A stretch of DNA of 64,000 nt from contig CP110439.1 of NCBI GenBank assembly GCA_026914245.1, forward strand, positions 3,410,001-3,474,000. The letters are read 5' to 3'. Source of the DNA: Puccinia triticina. Lineage: Eukaryota. The notes under the pieces are model-generated. The model saw nothing but the letters and a program-made list of their open reading frames with translations. It had not been told where the DNA came from and did not search any database. This document shows positions 51,343-61,284 of this stretch, piece after piece (the stretch's first letter is position 1; each line of letters starts with the position of its first letter). Made by a program: the position numbers and the translations under genes.

Positions 51343-52282
51343 CATGGCTTGTCGGGAGCCCCTTGGCGGGTAGATGCAAGTATACCTGCTCGCCGAGAGC
51401 CCGGAGGGCAGTTACAGATACCTCCTCGCCGAGAGCCTCTCGGAGAGCAGGTATACATGCACCTGCTCGCCGAGAGCCTTGCCTGCTCGCCGAGAAGGAT
51501 AACTCTCGGCGAGCAGGTATACAAACACCTACCCGACGAGCCTGCTCACCGAGAGCCCCTCGGCGGGCAGGTGCATGTATACCTGCTCGCCGAGAGAAAT
51601 CCTCGGCAAGCAGGCATACAGATCCCACCTCGCCGAGAGCCTCTCGGCGAGAAGGTATACATACACCTGCCCACTGAGCCTGCTCACCGAGAGCCCCTCG
51701 GCGGGCAGGTGCATTTATACCTGCTCGCCGAGAGAAATCCTCGGCGAGCAGGCATACATATTCCACCTCGCCAAGAGCCTCTCGGCGAGCAGGTATACTT
51801 GCAAGTTGCACCTGCCCGCCGACAGGCTCCTGGCGAGCAGGCTCGGTGGGCAGGTGCATGTATACCTGCTCGCCGAGAGAAATCCTCGGCGAGCAGGCAT
51901 ACATATCCCCGCTCGCCGAGAGCCTTGCCTGCTCGCCGAGAAGGATAACTCTCGGCGAGCAGGGATACAAACACCTGCTCGCCGAGCCTGCTCGCCAAGA
52001 GCCCCTCGGCGGGCAGGTTCAAGTATACCTTCTCGCCAAGAGCCCCTCGGCGGGCAGGTTCAAGTATACCTTCTCGCCAAGAGCCCCTCGGCGGGCAGGT
52101 TCAAGTATACCTGCTCGCCGAGAGGCTCTTGGCGAGGTGGGATATGTATGCCTGCTCGCCGAGGATTTCTCTCGGCGAGCAGGTATAAATGCACCTGCCC
52201 GCCGAGGGGCTCTCGGTGAGCAGGCTTGGTGGGCAGGTGTATGAATACCTGCTCGCCGAGAGGCTCTCGGCGAGGTGGGATC

Positions 52283-53101
52283 TGAAAGAATGAGAGCAAC
52301 TGAAATAGATTGCTTTGTTTAACTTTCTTCTGTATTTACATGATTTGTCTGGTTGGAAGAAAGAGAAAGCTAAAGCTGAATAAAAGGGTTTACCTGAAAG
52401 CAGCACAAGATGCTGCTGGGGTCTGAGTAAATCTTTTTGGGTAGCTTGAGTGCGGGCTTTGTCTGTGTAGGATGAATCAGACGAGTCTGATGCGATGAAC
52501 AGCGCATTCGTCAGAGCTGTTTTGGGTCTAGTCCTCGCACTGCTTATTCTGGCTCTTGGACTCACCGACGCAGGGACTAGTTATCTGAATAACTTAGTCT
52601 TGTCCTGTCTGTACGGTTGGGCGTTGTCTGGGTCTGCTTTGTCATGCTAGGTTTTAGTTCTACGATCATGGTCGCTTGTTTGCAAGATTTATATCTGCTC
52701 ACCTAGTTCGGTGCTGGCCGTAATCCTGGCTAGGAGTGAGTCTTGTGCCGTGTTCCGAGTACGATGAGCAAGGGTTCTGTGAGGAATAAGGTTTGTCAGT
52801 ATAAACTGGTTTTCAACCTTATCTCTGCTCGGCTACGTACCCGGAGGCTTGTTCTGATCTTCCTGTTACCTTTGCGGTTGCCGTTGCAGATGCCGTGTCT
52901 TCAGGAGACCGTGAATCGCTTGTTAGCTATTGCTTGGGTTAGGGCTTGGCTGGACTGCTAGAGGGGCTTACCTCTTTGTGCAGCTGGGGCTTGGGTTGGG
53001 TCTATCCGCGCGAGCTCTCTTATAGATTGCTGCGGGTGGTTCTGGTCTAGTCGCGCTAGCTTCCTAGGAGGTTGCTGCGGGTCTGGGTCTGTAATCTCAC
53101 A
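52283..53101 (-). repeat. 3' LTR (819 bp)
   Basis: Near-identical to 57339-58166; differences seen are two transitions and a 9-bp indel. Confidence 0.95.
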
Positions 53102-56100
53102 GCCTGCCATGCTTCGAGTCGTTAGATTCAAAGCAGAATCCGAGATTTGAACAACGCCTATTTGTTTTAGCGACCGACAAATAGTTGCCCGACCGAGAGC
53201 CTTTGTGAGAAAGTCCGCCGTGTTGGCGCCCGTCTTGACGTAGCGCAGTTGAATAAGGTGCAGGTGAATAAGCTCTCTGACGAAGTGTAAGCGAATGTCC
53301 ATATGCTTTGTCCGAAAGCTGTTTTGCGAGGTCTTGCTATTGGCCAGGTCAATAGCTCCCTTGTTGTCGATGGCCACTTGAATGTTGCTGACTGACTCCT
53401 TGATGTCAATCTCCTTTATGAGACTAGCGAACCAGGCCAGGTCTCTGCCCAAGTCGGATAGAGCCTTGTACTCCGCCTCAGCAGTGGAAAGCGAGACGGT
53501 GGGCTGTTTGCATGCCTTCCAGTTGAGCAGGTGGGTACCAAACGTGACCAGAAATCCCGTGGTGGATCGCCTAGTGTCTGGGCAGTTCCCCCAGTCAGCA
53601 TCCGAGAAGGCCTTCAAATCCGACGAGTCCGACCGCTTGAAGGTAAGGCCGACATTACGAGTACCGGAGAGGTACCTGAATACTTGCACGGCTGCCTCGT
53701 AATGTTTTATGCCCGGTCTCTCCAGGTGTTGAGATAGCTGGCTCACGGCGAACGAAATGTCGGGCCGTGTTAGTATGCTGAGATAGTTGAGTGAGCCTAC
53801 TAGTCCGCGGTAGTTGACGCCCAGCTTGTTGAAAGTTTCTATTTCACGTGGTGTTGCTTTCTTCAGCCGTTCTTTAGGATTGAGAGGGCACGATGCCGGA
53901 TGCTCCTTGTCAAGCCCAAATTCAACCAGCTTTCTTTCCACGTATTGTGTTTGGTTTATTTGAAGACCGCCCGCGAAGCGCTCAATATTCATGCCTAGAA
54001 GGAACTCAGCTTCACCAGGATACTTGATATCGAATTCACGCTCCATCTCTTTCTTGAATACTAGTGGGTCGCGGCTGATAATGACGATGTCATCTACATG
54101 GGCGAAGAGCCAGGTTGACGGCTTACCCTTCTCCTTGCGTCTCCAAAACACGCAGGGGTCAGAGAGCGAGATGTGGAAGCCGAGAGTCTTCAGGTATGTC
54201 GTAAGGCGTTTGTACCAGGCGAGAGGCGCTTGCCTTAAGCCATATATGGCCTTCTTCAAGTCGAGGACTGAGTTGGGTGGGCAGTCGTAGCCCTGCGGTG
54301 GCAGAAGAGTGACTGTCTCTTCGAGTGGACATGTCAAGAAAGCACTTCGAACGTCCAGTTGGTGTATAAGCATGCCGTTGTTCACCGCAAAGGAGATCAG
54401 AAGACGCAACGAGGCCGCTTTGCCTGTTGGGGCGTAGATTGCGTTGAAGTTTTGCCCGTAGACTTGACGAAATCCCTGGGCGCATATGCGAGCCTTGAAT
54501 TCAATAACTTCATTGTTGGCCCCCAGCTTGCGTCGGTAAGCCCACGTGGCCGGAATGGGCTCATCTGCGTCCTTCCGTTGGCGAACCGTCCAGACTTCAT
54601 GCTTCAGCATGTTCGCTATCTCCTTCAGTTCAGCCTGAATCCAGTTGTCTCGGTCCTTGCCTTTCATTGCTTGGTTGTGGGTTTTTGGGTCAATTTCGAT
54701 TTCAATCAGGAAGGCTTGCCGGACTCTCTTTCCTGAGACGATATTGCTGGGGTCAATTGCGCTGGTGATTTCCTTGGATGGAGGGGCAGTGGTCCAGGTG
54801 TAACGGCTTGCTGTTGGTGGGATTGAGTCCTGCTTGATAGTCGGCGCGCTTCGGGCCGGGGATTGGCTAGTGCGGAGCTGCCTGACTATGTCTTCCATTT
54901 GGCTCTCTTCTTCACTCAGTTCTTTCTCGTTGTCCTGAGAGATTTTGGGCAAGTCGTCCTCTCTGAATGGCATGGGATCGTCGTGCTTGAAGGAGGGTAG
55001 CTTGTTGTTGCCAAGTGGTGTGTGGCTCTTGTTGAGCGCTGGACACTCAGGGAAGGTGGTTTCGTCGAAGTGAAGGTGTTTGACCGTGACAATCGATCAA
55101 TCTTCCATCCGGTAGACTCTGTACGAGGAGTAATCGTTATTGTACCCCAGGAGAATCCCTTCCCAAGAGATTGAGGCAAATTTGGATTCTCTTTTCTGCT
55201 TAGGTTTGACTATCCAGACTCGGCAGCCGAACGGCCGGAAGAAGGTGACGTTTGGCCTTATCTTGAACATGAGCTCGATTGGCGACGATTTGTCGCGGGA
55301 AAGGGAGGGTAAGCAATTAGTTGTTGGAGTTGCCGTTTGCACGGCTTCCGCCCACCATTCAGGGGCCATGTTGGCCTGCATCAGGAGGCATCTCGTCATG
55401 TCGATGATCGTCCGATTCGCTCTCTCAGCCACGCCGTTATTTTGCGGGGTGTATGCCGGGGCGACGTTATGCTGGATGCCCTCGGCCTTGAGGTAGTCGC
55501 CTAGAGTCCCATTGACAAATTCTCCGCCCCCGTCCGAAATTAATTTCTTCAATTTGAAGCCGGTTTGCTGCTCGAAGAACACTCGGAAGTCGAGAATGGT
55601 TTGTGTCGCTTGGCTTTTCTCTTTGAGGATGGCTGTGTGGATGTAGCCTGTGCATTGGTCTACTAGCGTTAGAAAGTACCGGGCGCCTCCGTTAGTCGGA
55701 GGTGAGATGGGCCCGACAATATCCGCGTGAACTACACTGAGGGGATCGTTGGCTGCCTTGAAGTGGCCGCTACAGGCAAGCCGAGTTAACTTCCCCTGCA
55801 TGCATGCAGTGCAGGAGTGAGTCTTGGTGAGGCTGATCTTGTTGGGTATGACTTGCTTTATCCTGCCGGAGCTCGCGTGACCCAGGCGGTTATGCCATTT
55901 TTGGAAATCTGTGAGCTGCGGCGAGACTGTAGTGTTTAGGTTAACAGCTGTGTTTTGCGGAGGGTTGACACCCACGATCTCGAGCAAGTCGTTACCGATA
56001 AACACTTTGAAGGGTTTCTCGTTGTCTATTCTGACTTCAAACACGCCGTTGGATTCGTAGATGGCGGCCTTGCGGTCGAGAAGCTGCATCATGGATACTA

Positions 56101-57280
56101 AGTTGCGCGTGAGCTTCGGAACAAATAACGCGTCTCGTAGTGTTATCACTTGACCCGAGATAAGGCGCAAGTTCGCCGTGCCTCGAGCAACCGCTGTCAG
56201 GTCTGACTTGCCGCTTCCTGTGGCGATGTTGATGTGAACCGGAGTTGTGTCCACAAAGTAGGCGAGGGAGTTCAGCATATGGTTGCTGGCCCCCGAGTCC
56301 AGGATCGTCGATAGCACCTCAGCTGACGGGGTTGTCGCATTGTAAGTGAATGTCGGACGAGCTATTGCGTGGTGGGCCTGTTCCTCATCGTTGTCATCAG
56401 CTGTGGTGTGATAGGAGGTCCGGTGGCGCTTTTCTGGTCTTTCCCGCTCAAGGAGCGGCTTCTCTGGTGGACAAGTGGTTGGGTGAATTGTCCAGCAAGT
56501 GTCCTCAGTGTGGGTAGTTGCGCGAGGATTGTGCTTGCCACCGCTGCATCGAATAATGGATTTGATGGGTTTCTTAGTTCGATGACTGGGGCCGGTGGCC
56601 AGGGCTGTTGAGGTCTGATCAGAATCTTCTACAAACTTCCTCTTGGTCGAAGTTTCGTGGCGTCCGATGTCTCGGAGTTTAGCGATGATCTCCTTCGGTT
56701 TGGCGAGAGCTTTGAGATCGGCAAATAACGCCTGCATCAACATTGGCCGCCGTTTAGTGATTTTTCCAACTATTCCGCAGCCTACCAGCACGTCAGGGAC
56801 TTTGAGGCCGAGTGAGCTGAATTCGGCGAGGCTTTCTTCCATCTCCGTAATGTAGGAATTCATATCCTTGTTGAATTGGATATCAAGCCACTTATTCCAT
56901 ACCTGGAATACCAATAGTAAGGAGTCGGAGGCGTAGATGTTCTTGATGTCAGTCCAGATTTTGCATGGATCTTGCTCGTTATCATCATTGATGACGCTGG
57001 TGAATATGGCGTTCGACATTGCCTCGCTCAATATGCTACAAGTTCTTAGGGCTCCTTGCCGTTCGTCGTCGTCAGGCTCTTTCAACAAGGGTTCATCGAG
57101 GTATGTTTCTAGGTGTCGAGGACGCAGGTGCATTTTGATCTTGCGCTCCCACAGCGGAAAATTGGAACCATCGAATTTAGGAACGTTGACGTGGTCCTTG
57201 TCCGGACTGTAAGCGTCACTCTTGGCTGGGGCCGGGGTTTTGTCCGAGCTTGTGGAACCTTGCGTTCTAGTGTTGGCCAT
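52958..57280 (-). pseudogene. Copia gag-pol polyprotein, single frame with one in-frame TGA at 55097-55099
   Basis: FDGSNFPLWE (gag), ILDSGASNHM (PR), WHNRLGH..C..C and VHADIVGP/SDGGGEF/NGVAER (IN), FKARICAQGF, HQLDVRSAFL, AHVDD (RT), FSDADWG..STAEAEY..DNKGA (RNase H). Confidence 0.93.
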
Positions 57281-57325
57281 CACGTACTGCTTTCAGTTGC
57301 TGGGAAGAGTGAATCGAGCGTGTTC

Positions 57326-57338
57326 GAGACTGTAAATC
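57326..57338 (-). promoter_or_regulatory. Putative primer-binding site complementary to a tRNA-Tyr(GUA) anticodon arm
   Basis: GATTTACAGTCTC directly follows the 5' LTR; its complement AGACTGTAAATC matches the mature tRNA-Tyr anticodon stem-loop as recalled from yeast/E. coli. Confidence 0.68.
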
Positions 57339-58166
57339 TGAAAGAATGAGAGCAACTGAAATAGATTGCTTTGTTTAACTTTCTTCTGTATTTACATGAT
57401 TTGTCTGGTTGGAAGAAAGAGAAAGCTAAAGCTGAATAAAAGGGTTTACCTGAAAGCAGCACAAGATGCTGCTGGGGTCTGAGTAAATCTTTTTGGGTAG
57501 CTTGAGTGCGGGCTTTGTCTGTGTAGGATGAATCAGACGAGTCTGATGCGATGAACAGCGCATTCGTCAGAGCTGTTTTGGGTCTAGTCCTCGCACTGCT
57601 TATTCTGGCTCTTGGACTCACCGACGCAGGGACTAGTTATCTGAATAACTTAGTCTTGTCCTGTCTGTACGGTTGGGCGTTGTCTGGGTCTGCTTTGTCA
57701 AACAAAGTTTGCTAGGTTTTAGTTCTACGATCATGGTCGCTCGTTTGCAAGATTTATATCTGCTCACCTAGTTCGGTGCTGGCCGTAATCCTGGCTAGGA
57801 GTGAGTCTTGTGCCGTGTTCCGAGTACGATGAGCGAGGGTTCTGTGAGGAATAAGGTTTGTCAGTATAAACTGGTTTTCAACCTTATCTCTGCTCGGCTA
57901 CGTACCCGGAGGCTTGTTCTGATCTTCCTGTTACCTTTGCGGTTGCCGTTGCAGATGCCGTGTCTTCAGGAGACCGTGAATCGCTTGTTAGCTATTGCTT
58001 GGGTTAGGGCTTGGCTGGACTGCTAGAGGGGCTTACCTCTTTGTGCAGCTGGGGCTTGGGTTGGGTCTATCCGCGCGAGCTCTCTTATAGATTGCTGCGG
58101 GTGGTTCTGGTCTAGTCGCGCTAGCTTCCTAGGAGGTTGCTGCGGGTCTGGGTCTGTAATCTCACA
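57339..58166 (-). repeat. 5' LTR (828 bp)
   Basis: TG..CA termini; carries extra AACAAAGTT at ~57701-57709. Confidence 0.95.
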
Positions 58167-58907
58167 GGATCTGTATGCCTGCTCGCCGAGGATTTCTGTT
58201 GGCAAGCAGGTATACATGCACCTGCCCGCCGAGGGGCTCTCGGTGAGCAGGCTCGGCAGGCAGGTCTGCTCGCCGAGAGGCTCTTGGCGAGGTGGGATCT
58301 GTATGCCTGGAGCAGGTGTACATGCACCTGCCCGCCGAGGGGCTCTCGGTGAGCAGGCTCGGCGGGCAGGTGTTTGTATACCTGCTCGCCAAGAGTTATC
58401 CTTCTCGGCGAGCAGGGATACATACACCATACCCCCCGACGGGCTCTCGGCGAGCAGGCACGGTGCACGCTTGTGCACGCCTATGTGGGGGCGTGCACAC
58501 CCTTGATAAAGGGTGCGCGGTCCCACACGCCCTTTTTGAAGGGCGCTGGCGTGCCCCCGGGGGACAGGTGTGCATTTATCAATGCCCGTTCTTGCTCAGG
58601 CAAAGGCTGAGCAGTGGCTTTTCCTGTGCCAAGACTGGAGGCAGCTGTGCCTGGGACAAAGCTGAGTATCAGCTCGTGAAAATTGAACTAGAGGCTGGAT
58701 AGCCAGCTGGAGCAGGTGTCATCTAGTGACTACTGATTTTTCCTGGTGAATCAGCTACAGGTGCAGGGGAATGAGAAAAAGGCTGCAAAATGCCTTACCC
58801 ATTTTGCTTTGATTGCTGAATCAACCGGCGGATTGTGGGAGGAGGGAAAAAATCTGAGGGGGGGGGCACTAGCCTCGATATTGACGTTGGGCGCGGGGAA
58901 TATCCGG

Positions 58908-59767
58908 TGTGGAACTCCGACCGGTGCTGGGCCGTCGGCAGTTACTGGAAGGGAATGTTGCGCTGCTGCGCTGCCTTCTCGGTGGTCCGGGTGATGTGAG
59001 AGTCGTAAGGATCGAGGATAGCGGAAGTTTGGGAGGGGATTTGTTGTGAGACGACGGGGGGTAGATTCCCGTTGGCGGTAATTTATTTGTTGAGGATCTG
59101 AGAGAGGGAGCCGGCAAAACTGAGCCGGTGAGAAGTGATCTAAACAGGAAAGGGAATCTGGAAAAGGGATCGGCGCGGCGCTGAGAGGGTGAACTCAGAA
59201 GCTCCGCAAATATATCGGCAAACAAGGATCAATAAGCTTTTAGATTTGAGGTGATGAGATGATCTGACAAAGACAATTTTAGTTCAGACGAAGCCCCATG
59301 CCGCTCCAAAGCCTGAGTTCCCACTGAACTCAAACCTTGGAGTTGGTGACATGCTACGGACAGGTCATCATACACCGCGCGCACACGCGCGCAACAAAGC
59401 AAGAAGAGAGAGGAAAAGAAGGAAACAAAACCAACAAAACAAAACAAACTAAGACAAACAGGAACACAACCAACCCTCCACATAAACAAGCCTCTCCAAC
59501 GCGCGCATATAGAAACACAGAAAAGAATCAGAAGAAAAATAGGAAAAGAAAACAGGAAAGAAAAGATGACACAACAGCCAAAACAAACCAGCAGAGGAAA
59601 GAAAAAATAAAATAAAAAAAAGAGAAAAACATGTGAGGTTCCTGATCCTGAAACGCCTTGAGGACTCATTGATCTTGACGCTGCACGTGGGGTCTTGAAG
59701 TCTTGCTGAGCTTGAAGTCCCGCCGGATATCCTGCGCGCCGGCGGCGCCACGAGTATGGTCACCACA
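58908..59767. mobile_element. Solo LTR (860 bp) inserted in the Tc1 right TIR
   Basis: CCGG|TGTGG ... CCACA|CCGG; uninterrupted target visible in the left TIR (~46845). Confidence 0.8.
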
Positions 59768-59886
59768 CCGGTTTGGATTTGGCCGGCTGGGGTGAGGGCA
59801 ATGGCGCCATTGAAGAGACCCACGTCGTGGGGCCTGGCACTTGCTGGCGATGGAGGGCGCAGGGGTTGTTGCGTGACTAGCGTACG

Positions 59887-60762
59887 TGTCAGCCTTAGAG
59901 TCAACACAGCTGACCTAATGTCTGCCTTTTTTCTACTTATTACATATGAAACTACATCATATCTTTTTCATCTTAAGAGATATCATTATTTTGACTTCAT
60001 ATTCTGTTTCCTCATGAAATTTTAACCCTAGTTACAACTTACCAAGTCTTTGTAACTATACTCCTTCCCTGAGTTCTTGAGTTGTGGCGCGCATGCGCAG
60101 TTGTGACGTGTCTGCGCTACCAAGCGCACCAAACCACATGTACATATGTAATTACATAAGCAAACTGTGAAAATTTTCGAAGTCAGGATCCCCCTTGCCT
60201 GAGAAGGATCTACAGACTTCAGACCACCCAGAACCACACCGTAGATAACCCAGGATCACACCACAAGAAGATACCACGCTCCCAGTACACCTACTGTCAC
60301 AGGCGCCTAGGTTATTGACAGGAAGTATACTCTTCATTTGAACCTTGATTATCCAGAGTGATTCTCTGTGTCTCTTGATTTCTGTCTCTTTATTACTTTT
60401 ACTTCAACCCCTCTCAAGATCAAAGGTTACTCTGTTAATCCTAGACTCAGTCTAAAAATCAGAGCAAATTAGTATTACTATTCTGTGTCCCCCCACCGTC
60501 TCCGTGGTGCGCGCGGAGGCTGTAGCCCTTGTTGGTCTGGCGCAGCTGTCCTTATCACTTTTCCAGGTGATTCAAGTTGACTTTTGAGGATCCTCCTATA
60601 AGGAGTAGATAGACCCCCTCCAGATCATATATTTCTCTTTCTCTTTCTTTTTCTTTCTCTTTCTCTCTTACTCTCTGTTTGTAGTTCTTTATCCCAAGAA
60701 ATACAACCAGTGTCCCCCATTTCTCTTGTGTCCTGTTGTCACTTTAGAGGCACAGGCTCACA
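59887..60762. mobile_element. Solo LTR (876 bp) inserted in the Tc1 right TIR
   Basis: GTACG|TGTCAGCC ... GGCTCACA|GTACA; uninterrupted target in the left TIR (~46730). Confidence 0.82.
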
Positions 60763-61284
60763 GTACATACGTAACCTGTGGGAACTGTGCAGATACTATC
60801 TGCACAGTTCCTGCAGCTTTGGCAAATCCAGAAGGAATTTCTGCTGGAAATTCCATCCAAAGAAGCCAAGCTTTTTCGGATTGGCTGTAATGTCTGCAGG
60901 CTGGCAGACAAAGGAAGGATTTTCAATCCTAAAAACACAAAAACACAATTTAAAATTCACTAAAATTTGTACAAGAAAAACTGAATAGACAGTTTTCTTG
61001 GCAGTACTGATGGGCACCCTCCCCCAAGTTTTTGAGGCATAAACTCCGAAACTGATTGAAGGAATCCGTTTTGGAGGTCAAAGGAATCCTGGAGGATATT
61101 AAATCGCACTGAAGATCCAATTTTGGATTTTCTGATAATATACACAATTGAATATCCTATCTGCAACAATTGGGTGGCTACAGGTGTAGGATCTGCAGAT
61201 ATCTGCAGGCTTGTGAATCCAATATACAAGGCATGATGGTTGTAATTCCTTGGTTTACATTTCTTTGTGTTTTTTTATTATTTT

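Larger units (their letters stand above)
52283..58166 (-). mobile_element. Full-length Ty1/Copia LTR retrotransposon
   Basis: TG..CA LTRs 52283-53101 and 57339-58166; 5-bp TSD GGATC (52278-52282, 58167-58171); gag-PR-IN-RT-RH domain order. Confidence 0.97.
50742..58748. mobile_element. Non-autonomous CMC/EnSpm-like element with CACC termini and GC-rich palindromic arrays
   Basis: AAT|CACCGGGAAAAA ... TTTTTCCTGGTG|AAT; long subterminal inverted similarity (50873-51120 vs 58490-58696); CCTGCTCGCCGAG arrays. Confidence 0.82.
46610..60887. mobile_element. Tc1/IS630-like DNA transposon, ~4.5 kb native length, ~320-bp TIRs, two genes
   Basis: TA TSD (46608-46609, 60888-60889); left TIR 46610-46929 equals the reverse complement of 58826-58907 + 59768-59886 + 60763-60887; empty site homologue near 18530. 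Confidence 0.9.

Noticed and set aside
50883..52299. Long overlapping ORFs (195-273 aa) on both strands
   Set aside because: Artefacts of GC-rich stop-poor tandem repeats inside a non-autonomous element.
54973..55100. Programmed frameshift between the two Copia ORFs
   Set aside because: Both ORFs are in the same frame and are separated only by one TGA.
57320..57345. tRNA-Tyr gene
   Set aside because: Only the anticodon-arm motif is present, with no D arm, T arm or acceptor stem; interpreted as a PBS.
59229..59669. Hydrophobic 146-aa membrane-protein-like ORF
   Set aside because: It arises from the A-rich low-complexity tract of a solo LTR.
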